Notes under the pieces: generated by a model | The model's input: only the letters and a program-made list of their open reading frames with translations | Databases searched by the model: none | Told to the model about the DNA's origin: nothing | NCBI GenBank assembly: GCA_035477595.1 | Contig: DATIKM010000033.1 | Span: 3,639 to 67,638 of the forward strand | Length of the DNA stretch: 64,000 nucleotides | Direction of reading: 5' to 3' | From: Chthonomonadales bacterium | GTDB taxonomy: Bacteria > Armatimonadota > Chthonomonadetes > Chthonomonadales > CAJBBX01 | Part shown: positions 56,853 through 64,000 of the stretch, piece by piece | How the letters are laid out: every line of letters begins with the position of its first letter | How positions within the stretch are numbered: the first letter of the stretch is position 1 | Program-made: the position numbers and the translations under genes

Positions 56853-56952
56853 GGGGGCGGTTGGGGCCTGGTGGTCTCCCCGGTCTTCAAAACCGTGCGG
56901 AGGGTGGGTTGCGCCTGCTCTCGGTGGGTTCGATTCCCACACGCTCCCGCCA
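56853..56952 (+). tRNA. selC: tRNA-Sec (anticodon UCA)
   Basis: Hand-folded. The 8-bp acceptor (GGGGGCGG / ACGCTCCC) has one G-U pair and one terminal G.A mismatch. The D-stem is 6 bp with the loop TGGT. The anticodon loop is CTTCAAA. The variable arm has a 9-bp stem. The T-arm is GTGGG-TTCGATT-CCCAC, followed by G-CCA. Confidence 0.85.
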
Positions 56953-56985
56953 CATTGCGCGACTTCATCGGCTTCCGGAGCGGGC

Positions 56986-57061
56986 GCCTCAGTAGCTCAG
57001 CTGGCAGAGCAACGCTCTTGTAAAGCGAAGGTCAGCGGTTCGAATCCGCTCTGAGGCTCCA
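56986..57061 (+). tRNA. tRNA-Thr (anticodon UGU)
   Basis: Acceptor GCCTCAG / CTGAGGC, D-arm GCTC..GAGC, anticodon loop CTTGTAA, T-arm AGCGG-TTCGAAT-CCGCT, and an encoded T-CCA. Confidence 0.9.
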
Positions 57062-57069
57062 ACGTGGCA

Positions 57070-57106
57070 CGGCCCCGGCCGCTCAGCGCGGTCGGGGCCG
57101 TCTTTC
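57070..57106. terminator. Hairpin terminator between the tRNAs and convergent htpX
   Basis: CGGCCCCG+GCCGC / GCGGT+CGGGGCCG gives about 13 bp, followed by TCTTTC. Confidence 0.6.
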
Positions 57107-57121
57107 GCCGCAGGTGCGAGA

Positions 57122-57985
57122 CTAGGAGCGCATGAGACCCCTGTGCGCCAAGGCCTCGAGCCTCGCCACACGCTCCTCGGTGCGCGGGTGCGTCCGGAAC
57201 ATCGCAGCCATGCTTCGCAGGGAATCCCCGCCAAGCGGGTTCACGATGTACATGTGCGACGTGGCTGGGTTCACCTGCATCGGCATCCGCTTGGCCGCGC
57301 CCTCGATGCGGCGCAGCGCGCTGGCGAGGGCAAGGGGGTCTCCGCTAATCTGTGCGCCGATGCGGTCCGCCTCGTACTCACGGGATCTCGAAATGGCGAG
57401 CTGCACCATCGTAGCCGCGATGCCGAACACGACCGCGGCGAGGAGCGCGACCAGGGGGTTGGCCGACCCGCCGCTATCCCTCCCGCCGAAGATCGCCCGG
57501 AAGTGCAGCATCTGCGTCACGAAGCTGATAGCCCCGACGATGGTGGCGGTAACCGAGCTGATCAGAATGTCGCGGTTGCGGATGTGGGCCAGCTCATGCG
57601 CGATAACGCCCTCGAGCTCCTGCGTCGACATCATGCGCATGAGGCCTTCGGTAACCGCCACGGCCGCGTTGGAAGGGTTTCGCCCCGTCGCGAAAGCGTT
57701 CGGCTGCATCGACGGGATGACGCAGACGCGCGGCATCGGCAGCGCTGCACGCTGCGATAGGTCGGCCACGATGCGATGCAGGTCCGGCGCTTCGCTCTCG
57801 GACACCTCCCGCGCCCTCGACATGGCAAGCGCCAACCTGTCGCTGAACCAGTAGGCCACGAAGTTCATAGCCAGGGCGAGCGCGAACCCGACGATCAGAC
57901 CGTCTGGGCCGCCAACGATCCTGCCCAGCCCCATGAAGAGGGCAAAGAGCAGCGTCATTAACAGGCCGGTCTTCAGTGCGTTCAC
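57122..57985 (-). CDS. htpX: Zinc metalloprotease HtpX (M48)
   Basis: 'HELAHIRNRD', 'NAFATG' and two N-terminal TM segments. GTG 57985 with GGAGAGGGAG 9 nt upstream gives 287 aa. Confidence 0.85.
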   Translation of the reverse strand: MNALKTGLLMTLLFALFMGLGRIVGGPDGLIVGFALALAMNFVAYWFSDRLALAMSRAREVSESEAPDLHRIVADLSQRAALPMPRVCVIPSMQPNAFATGRNPSNAAVAVTEGLMRMMSTQELEGVIAHELAHIRNRDILISSVTATIVGAISFVTQMLHFRAIFGGRDSGGSANPLVALLAAVVFGIAATMVQLAISRSREYEADRIGAQISGDPLALASALRRIEGAAKRMPMQVNPATSHMYIVNPLGGDSLRSMAAMFRTHPRTEERVARLEALAHRGLMRS

Positions 57986-58126
57986 GGTCGGGCACTCCCT
58001 CTCCGCCGCCATGGGCGGTCCCAGCACAACCACAAGCGCATCAACGAGCTCGTGAGCATGTCCTCCGCCTACCGGTTTGTACGGCAGTGCGTCTGAGGGC
58101 CGTTCCGGCGCCGCTCCGCGACGGTG

Positions 58127-59260
58127 TCAGGGCAGGATGGCCGCGCTCACGTCGGTCAACGTGAGCATACCACGCGGCGTGGTGCGAAGGCGACCCTCGA
58201 CCTCCTCGAGGAGGCCCGAGCCGATGAGCCTGCGCGCCCGCAGCAGCGGGGCTTCCGCGTGCCGTCCATGGCGACGATGGTACTCGCCCAGGCTGCAACC
58301 CTCGGTCATCCGAAGGGCCAGCACCAGCGTCTCGGCGGCCGCGGCATCCGCTGACAGCTCCTCGCTATCGGCACAGACCCCACTGCCTCGCTCAACGGCC
58401 TCGGTGTACGTCTCCGGATGGGCGACAGAGCTCCAACGTCGACCACCTGCGTACGACGCCGCCCCCGGGCCGAAGCCCAGGTACGGCAGGTTGCGCCAGT
58501 ACAGGAGGTTGTGCGCGCACTCCCGCCCAGGCTTCGCGTAGTTGCTGACCTCGTAGCGCAGGTACCCCTGACTCTCGAGGTAGGCGGTTGCGTGGTTAAG
58601 CATCACGGTCTGAGCGCGCTCCCCGGGCAGGCGGATGCGCCTCTCCCGCTGCAGCGCCTCGTACGGCGTGCCCGGCTCGACTGTGAGGCAATATGCGGAG
58701 ATGTGATCGGGCCCCAGCGCAACGGCGCGCTGCAGGGTCTGTGCCCATAGGGCCGTGCTCTGGCGCGGCAGCCCGAACATCATATCTATGCTCACGTTGC
58801 CGAAGCCTGCCGAGCGCGCACGTGTCACGGCGCGCTCGGCCTCGGCGACGGTGTGGGTACGGCCTAGCCGTCGCAGCGACGAGTCGTCGAGCGCCTGAAT
58901 GCCGAGGGACAGCCGATTGAACCCCGCCCGGCGCAATCCGGCGAGCGAGGCTACCTCCGCAGCTGTCGGATTCGCCTCGACGGAGATCTCCGCTCCGGGC
59001 ACTACGCCGAACCGGCCGCGGACAGCGCCCAGCAGCCGCACCAGGTGCTCCGGCGCCACGAACGTGGGGGTTCCGCCGCCGAAGTAGACGGAGCGCGCCT
59101 CCGGTGCGTCACAGGGGCACGTCTCGATCTCACGCGCGATTGCCGCGATCGTCCGAGGGACGAGCGGCTCCAGTCCCGCATATGTGTTGAAGTCGCAGTA
59201 GCCGCAGCGCCGCACACAGAACGGGATGTGGACATAGACTCCGAACTGGGCTTCAACCAT
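58127..59260 (-). CDS. hemW: Radical SAM heme chaperone HemW (coproporphyrinogen III oxidase-like)
   Basis: 'YVHIPFCVRRCGYCDF' CxxxCxxC motif. Confidence 0.85.
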   Translation of the reverse strand: MVEAQFGVYVHIPFCVRRCGYCDFNTYAGLEPLVPRTIAAIAREIETCPCDAPEARSVYFGGGTPTFVAPEHLVRLLGAVRGRFGVVPGAEISVEANPTAAEVASLAGLRRAGFNRLSLGIQALDDSSLRRLGRTHTVAEAERAVTRARSAGFGNVSIDMMFGLPRQSTALWAQTLQRAVALGPDHISAYCLTVEPGTPYEALQRERRIRLPGERAQTVMLNHATAYLESQGYLRYEVSNYAKPGRECAHNLLYWRNLPYLGFGPGAASYAGGRRWSSVAHPETYTEAVERGSGVCADSEELSADAAAAETLVLALRMTEGCSLGEYHRRHGRHAEAPLLRARRLIGSGLLEEVEGRLRTTPRGMLTLTDVSAAILP

Positions 59261-59310
59261 GGCCGGTCTGGGCTGGGACGCGCGGCGCGCCGGGCGGCGT
59301 TTGACATGTC

Positions 59311-59340
59311 CGAAGCCCCACCGCTATAATTGCTACTTCC
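59311..59340 (+). promoter_or_regulatory. Consensus sigma70-type promoter of the pgpH-ybeY-dgkA-corC operon
   Basis: TTGACA (59311-59316), an 18-nt spacer, then TATAAT (59335-59340). Confidence 0.65.
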
Positions 59341-59442
59341 GAACGAAGCCGGTCGGCAAGCGTGGCAAGGCTGCCAGCGACGGCGGCGGAGTGCGGGCGC
59401 CGCGCCGCACAGGAAGGCGACCGCTCCGAGACCAGGGGGAGC

Positions 59443-61728
59443 ATGAGGCTCATCCGGCGAAGGGGTGTCAGCGTGCGGCGGCGCGCCGCCCATCGCGGCG
59501 CGCGTTGCGATCCGTGGCGACCGTGGGTGGGGGCCAACCGGCTCCTGCTCGCCGTGGCCACGGTGGCGGTGCTGTCGGTTCTCATGTCGGTCCACTTCCT
59601 GCCGAGTCGCGTCACTCTCAAGATCGGTGACCGGAGCCCCTCCGACGTCCGCGCCCCGCGCAGTGTTGCCTTCGTCGACTCGCGAGCCTCCGAGAGACTT
59701 CGCGTGTTCGCCGCCGACGCCGTCACTCCGGTCTACCAGCGCGACGCCTCAGTCGTTGCTGATGCGAACCACACCACTGACGCAGCCTTCGACGCGATAC
59801 GACGTGCTGTGCGAGAAGGACGTACCCAGGGGGCGGATTTGGACCGCCTCATCGGTGAAGTGGGTTCGGTGCTGTCGCGCGATATCCTGCAGCAGCTGGT
59901 GAGGCTTCCGGAAAGGGAGCTCAACCTGCTTCAGACGACGGCGCGTCGCTTGGTGGACAGCACCCTTCAGGGCGAGATACGCGAGAGCACCGGCGATCTG
60001 CAGCGCGCCCGACACTCCTTCGAGGCGGAGGCCTCTCGCGTGGCACTGGGTCCACTTGAGCTCTCGGTCCTTAAGGCGCTGGGGCAACGCACGATTCGGC
60101 CCAACTTCGTGGTGGACCACGCTCAGACCAGAAATCGGCGCGACAGCGCGCGGCGATCCGTCGAGCCCGTGGTTGGAGAGATCCGTGCGGGGGAGGTGGT
60201 TATTCGTCAGGGCGAGGTGTTCACGCAACTCCACCTCGACAAGTGCACTGCCCTGGGACTGGTTAACCCGCGGCTGAGCCTTCCTGCCGTGGTTGCCATC
60301 GTGGCTCTCGCGACTGCGATGGTGGCGACCGTGGGGCTCCACGTGCGTCGCGCGCATCCAACTCTGTACAGTCAGCCCCGCCTTCTCTTCCTGCTTGCCG
60401 CCATCGTCATATCGAGCGTGTTCGGACTGAAGCTCTTCGGCGCACTGCTCGGCGTGTCGTTGTCCGTCGTGCAGATTGGCTACCTGGGCATGATGATGGT
60501 GGTCGCCGCCGGCATGCTGATCGCGGTGCTGGTCGGTCCAGCGCTGGCGGTGTTGATCGTCTCGCTGCTGGCGGTGCTGTCGGGCCTCATGATCAACCAT
60601 GAGGTGCGCTTCCCGGTGATGACGCTCATCAGCAGTCTCGTCGGCATCTACGGAGTGGTGGACCTCAGAGACCGTACGCACCTGCTCCGTTGGACCCTCG
60701 TTCTCGGTGCGGTAAACGTCGGGCTCGTGTGGGTGCTGGGTGGGCTGCTCGGAGACTCGCTCAGCGAGGTGGTGACAGGCTCAGCCTGGGCCCTGATGGC
60801 CGCCCTGTTCGCGGCGCCGCTGTTCTGGCTCGGCGTGGCGTTGCTCGAGCGGCCATTTGGCGCCATCACGCACATCTCCCTTCTCGAGCTCTCGTCGACG
60901 GAGCGTCCACTGCTTCGCGACCTGTGCCTTAGCGCGCCCGGCACCTATGCCCACAGCATCATGGTCGGCAATCTTGCGGAAGCGGCAGCCGAGGCAGTCG
61001 GCGCCGACAGGCTTCTGTGCAGGGTGGCCAGCTACTACCACGACATCGGCAAGGTGCAACGGCCCCACTGCTTTGTCGAGAACCAGCGAGGCGAGAACAT
61101 CCACGACCGGCTGAACGCTTCGCTCTCCGCCCTCATCATCGCCGCACACGTTCGCGACGGCGTGGCGCTCGCGGAGGAGCACCGACTGCCGCGCCAGATC
61201 ACGCAGTGCATTGCCGAGCACCACGGCAACAGCCTCATCGGCTACTTCTACCAGCAGGCAGTGCAGGGGATGGGGAACGGCCACTCCGACCCGATCCTCG
61301 AGCAGCACTTCCGGTACGATGGTCCTCGCCCCCAGCGCAAGGAGTCGGGTATCATCATGCTGGCAGACTCCGTAGAGGCTGCCGCACGGTGTCTCGACAA
61401 GCCGTCGGTTCCGCGTCTTCAGAGCCTGGTTGAATCGATCGTCCACGATAAGCTGGTGGACGGCCAGCTGGATGAGTGCGATCTCACTCTGAAGGACCTG
61501 CGGCTTGTGCGGGGGGCGTTTGTGCGCGTGCTGGGCGCCATGCTGCACGGCCGGATCACCTATCCGGCTACTGGGCGAGTGTTCGACGCGGTCGCCCAGG
61601 CGGGCGTCCCACAGGGAACGGAAGATGCCGGTGTTCGTCGTGAGCTCGCAGCCGCGCCGGCTCCCGACGAGGCTCCTGCGTCGGGTCGTGCGAGCCATCC
61701 TCCATCACCAGGGGGCTCCACGCGCTGA
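59443..61728 (+). CDS. pgpH: 7TM-HD membrane phosphohydrolase (PgpH-like, HDIG domain)
   Basis: An N-terminal extracytoplasmic domain, seven hydrophobic segments, and the HD domain 'HSIMVGNLAE..YYHDIGKV'. The start is ATG 59443. Its 3' tail overlaps ybeY by 104 nt. Confidence 0.8.
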   Translation: MRLIRRRGVSVRRRAAHRGARCDPWRPWVGANRLLLAVATVAVLSVLMSVHFLPSRVTLKIGDRSPSDVRAPRSVAFVDSRASERLRVFAADAVTPVYQRDASVVADANHTTDAAFDAIRRAVREGRTQGADLDRLIGEVGSVLSRDILQQLVRLPERELNLLQTTARRLVDSTLQGEIRESTGDLQRARHSFEAEASRVALGPLELSVLKALGQRTIRPNFVVDHAQTRNRRDSARRSVEPVVGEIRAGEVVIRQGEVFTQLHLDKCTALGLVNPRLSLPAVVAIVALATAMVATVGLHVRRAHPTLYSQPRLLFLLAAIVISSVFGLKLFGALLGVSLSVVQIGYLGMMMVVAAGMLIAVLVGPALAVLIVSLLAVLSGLMINHEVRFPVMTLISSLVGIYGVVDLRDRTHLLRWTLVLGAVNVGLVWVLGGLLGDSLSEVVTGSAWALMAALFAAPLFWLGVALLERPFGAITHISLLELSSTERPLLRDLCLSAPGTYAHSIMVGNLAEAAAEAVGADRLLCRVASYYHDIGKVQRPHCFVENQRGENIHDRLNASLSALIIAAHVRDGVALAEEHRLPRQITQCIAEHHGNSLIGYFYQQAVQGMGNGHSDPILEQHFRYDGPRPQRKESGIIMLADSVEAAARCLDKPSVPRLQSLVESIVHDKLVDGQLDECDLTLKDLRLVRGAFVRVLGAMLHGRITYPATGRVFDAVAQAGVPQGTEDAGVRRELAAAPAPDEAPASGRASHPPSPGGSTR

Positions 61729-62125
61729 GGTGAACGTCCTGCTCACCGATGACGAGACGGTCCACACGCTGAACCGCGAGTACCGGGGCAGAGATCGCCC
61801 CACGGATGTGCTCTCGTTTCCGCTGCGCGGATCACGGCCCGGAGCCCCCGCGACTCCTCCCCATCCGGATGCGAGCGCCCTCCTCGGCGACGTCGTCATC
61901 TCCGTGGACACAGCGCGCCGCCAAGCGGCAGAGCGCAACGCTCCACTCGCGAGTGAGCTGGCGCGCCTGGCTGCCCATGGCGCCCTGCATCTTCTCGGGC
62001 ACGACGATGCCACAGCGCGCGGCGCGGCAGGCATGGCGGCGGCAGAGCAAGCCGCGATCGCCGCCTGCGCGAGGGCCGGCGATAGTGGGATGGTGGCGGC
62101 GCGGGTCACGGTGGAGGCAGGCTAG
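61625..62125 (+). CDS. ybeY: rRNA maturation endoribonuclease YbeY
   Basis: 'TDVLSFPL' and 'HGALHLLGHDD' (H-x3-H-x5-H). The start is ATG 61625. Confidence 0.88.
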   Translation: MPVFVVSSQPRRLPTRLLRRVVRAILHHQGAPRAEVNVLLTDDETVHTLNREYRGRDRPTDVLSFPLRGSRPGAPATPPHPDASALLGDVVISVDTARRQAAERNAPLASELARLAAHGALHLLGHDDATARGAAGMAAAEQAAIAACARAGDSGMVAARVTVEAG

Positions 62126-62965
62126 GTGCGCCGGAAGCGGCCTCAGGATAGCTTAAGGCACGCGGTCGAGGGCGTTCTACACTGCTTTCGGACGCAGCGC
62201 CACATGCAGATCCACTTCCTCATGCTGGTGCTCGTCCTCGCCTCCGGTCTGATGCTCGCGCTCGACCCGCGCGACATGGTCATCCTTCTCTTCTGCATCT
62301 CCCTGGTGATCGCCACCGAGATGGTGAACACAGCCGTCGAAACCGTCGTCGACATGGTGACGCAGACGTATCATCCGCTCGCCAAGCTTGCGAAGGACGT
62401 TGCGGCAGGGGCGGTCCTGATCGCGTCCGCGACGGCGACCATCGCGGGCGTCCTGATCCTGTTTGGCAGCGAGCCGCTTCGTGCCGTCGGACGCGAGGGG
62501 CTGCTTGTTCAGGCGCGGACCCCAGATGTCGCAGTTGTGCTGGTGGTGGGTATTCTGGTCCTCACGGTGACCGTGGTGATGTCCAAGCTGTTCCAGGGCC
62601 GCTCTAACGAAGCGCTCCTCCGAGGCGGCATCGTCAGCGGCCACAGCGCCATCGGCTTCTTCCTCGCCATGACGATCATCTTCACGTCCGACAATCGCAT
62701 CGTGCAGCTCATCGCCCTTCTAATGGCGGTGATCATCGCTCAGAGCCGGGTCGAGGCGGGCGTGCATTCGGTCCAGGAGGTGGTTCTCGGCGCCGTCGTG
62801 GCCGTCTTCCTCACCTCCTCGGTCTACTGGTTCATGCCCATGATCCAGAAGCAGTTCGCGCCTCCAGCGCGGCCGGCGCATGCCTCGACGGCTTGGGTGG
62901 AGACATTCCCGAATGGACAACGGCAGTTCATCACCGTCTGCGTCGGAAGCAGATCCCGAACGTAA
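62126..62965 (+). CDS. dgkA: Diacylglycerol/undecaprenol kinase (DgkA) fused to a PAP2-type phosphatase-like membrane domain
   Basis: The N-terminal half has 'SLRHAVEGV', 'EMVNTAVETVVD' and 'AKDVAAGAVL'. The C-terminal half has 'VSGHSAIG' and 'SRVEAGVHSVQEV', which match PAP2 motifs C2 and C3. Confidence 0.75.
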   Translation: MRRKRPQDSLRHAVEGVLHCFRTQRHMQIHFLMLVLVLASGLMLALDPRDMVILLFCISLVIATEMVNTAVETVVDMVTQTYHPLAKLAKDVAAGAVLIASATATIAGVLILFGSEPLRAVGREGLLVQARTPDVAVVLVVGILVLTVTVVMSKLFQGRSNEALLRGGIVSGHSAIGFFLAMTIIFTSDNRIVQLIALLMAVIIAQSRVEAGVHSVQEVVLGAVVAVFLTSSVYWFMPMIQKQFAPPARPAHASTAWVETFPNGQRQFITVCVGSRSRT

Positions 62966-64000
62966 ACGGGCGTGGCGACCACGGGTCGCCGCGCGCCGGC
63001 AGAGCCCAGGGCTCGGGGTCATTGCGGCAGCCGCTCTGGCTGGCGCCATCTGGCTGCTGGTCTCAGCGGCCCAGGCGCAGTCCGCCCCCGCGCCGGAGGC
63101 AACCGACGGCGGCAGAGCCGTCGGCGCGTCGCTCCTGGTCGTGCTCGCCCTGATCCTCGTGAATGGCATCTTCGCCATGTCCGAGGCAGCGGTGCTGTCG
63201 GTCCGCCGATCGCGGGTCGCGCAGCTTGTGGAGGAGGGCAACCGGCGTGCAGCTGCCTTGGCGCGCCTGCTTGCCGAGCCCACGCAGATGCTGTCGACGC
63301 TGCAGGTCGGCGTCACCCTCGTCGGCTTCTTCTCGGCGGGTGCCGCGGCGGAGATCGCGGTCAGGCCTCTGGCAGCACTCCTCCGCGGGCGGTTCCCCGA
63401 CACCATCCTGAGCGCGAACGCCCACGGCATCTCGTTCACCTTGGTCCTGCTAACCGTCAGCCTCCTCAGCCTTGTCGTGGGCGAAATCACCCCCAAGAGC
63501 ATCGCGGTCCGCCACGCAGACGTCATTGCGCTCTGGTCGGCATACCCAATCGACGCGTTGCGGCGCTTCCTGCTGCCTGTCGTGGGGATGGTGACTGTGC
63601 TGTCGAACCTGCTGGTGAAGCCGTTCGGCGGGACTGCCAGTTTCCACGCCTCCGCCATGAGCGAGGACGAGCTGAAGATCATGGTGGAGCACAGCGAGGA
63701 GTACGGCGTCATCGAGACCGAGGAGAAGGAGATGATCCACTCCATCTTCGACCTCGGCGAGACACGAGTGAGCAAGGTGATGACGCCGCGCCTCGACATC
63801 ACCTCAGTCGAGGCGGACGCCTCCGTGGAGGCACTGGTGGAGGCGGTGACCGCTTCCGGGCACTCACGACTGCCCATCTATGACGACGACCTCGACAACA
63901 TCGTTGGCATCGTTCACGCGAAGGACGTGTTGACGTCGGTCGTCTCCAAGGGCGGTAAGGCGACTATACGCTCGCTGATGCGCGCTCCCTACTTTATCCC
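62913..64000 (+). CDS. CorC/HlyC-family protein (DUF21 + CBS pair); 3' end runs off the window
   Basis: This ORF is not in the track because it has no stop inside the window. ATG 62913 reads 'LVNGIFAMSEAAVLSVRRSR', 'LSTLQVGVTLVG', 'EKEMIHSIFDLGETRVSKVMTPR' and 'NIVGIVHAKDVL'. Confidence 0.8.
   Translation, partial: MDNGSSSPSASEADPERKRAWRPRVAARRQSPGLGVIAAAALAGAIWLLVSAAQAQSAPAPEATDGGRAVGASLLVVLALILVNGIFAMSEAAVLSVRRSRVAQLVEEGNRRAAALARLLAEPTQMLSTLQVGVTLVGFFSAGAAAEIAVRPLAALLRGRFPDTILSANAHGISFTLVLLTVSLLSLVVGEITPKSIAVRHADVIALWSAYPIDALRRFLLPVVGMVTVLSNLLVKPFGGTASFHASAMSEDELKIMVEHSEEYGVIETEEKEMIHSIFDLGETRVSKVMTPRLDITSVEADASVEALVEAVTASGHSRLPIYDDDLDNIVGIVHAKDVLTSVVSKGGKATIRSLMRAPYFI

Noticed and set aside
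62720-63883. Listed ORFs 62972-63883 (+) and 62720-63877 (-).
   Set aside because: A third frame (ATG 62913, open to the window end) encodes a textbook DUF21+CBS CorC/HlyC protein. The listed ORFs are shadow frames.

Overview
This is a GC-rich, densely coding bacterial chromosomal segment. I support about 57 CDS, 2 tRNAs and 1 riboswitch. I saw no rRNA, CRISPR array, transposase or integrase. Most of the content is housekeeping: nrdR-nrdJ, rpsO-pnp, groES-groEL with a CIRCE operator, a cold-shock gene, thrS, hisS-aspS, tdh-kbl, trxA, ispE, menaquinone/isoprenoid genes, pgpH-ybeY-dgkA-corC and flhA-flhF. There is also a selA-selD-tRNA(Sec) selenocysteine module. In it, selD carries an in-frame UGA, which the ORF track splits into two ORFs. 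The most unusual locus is a clear TPP (THI-box) riboswitch at about 47.04-47.13 kb. Its first downstream gene is an H-X9-DG prepilin-like protein, followed by thiamine pyrophosphokinase and an SSS-family permease. Three other points deserve a second look. thrS has a promoter-leader-terminator arrangement of unrecognised class. The left-edge protein has tandem repeats and Arg-rich termini. One gene fuses DgkA with PAP2 phosphatase motifs. The gene repertoire (H-X9-DG pseudopilin, CIRCE, Spo0M, a Firmicute-like ybeY operon) hints at a Terrabacteria-type lineage such as Armatimonadota, but that is a guess. All functional calls rest on motif recognition by eye; no database search or folding program was available. 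Many long ORFs in the track are antisense or shadow ORFs typical of high-GC DNA, and I did not annotate them.
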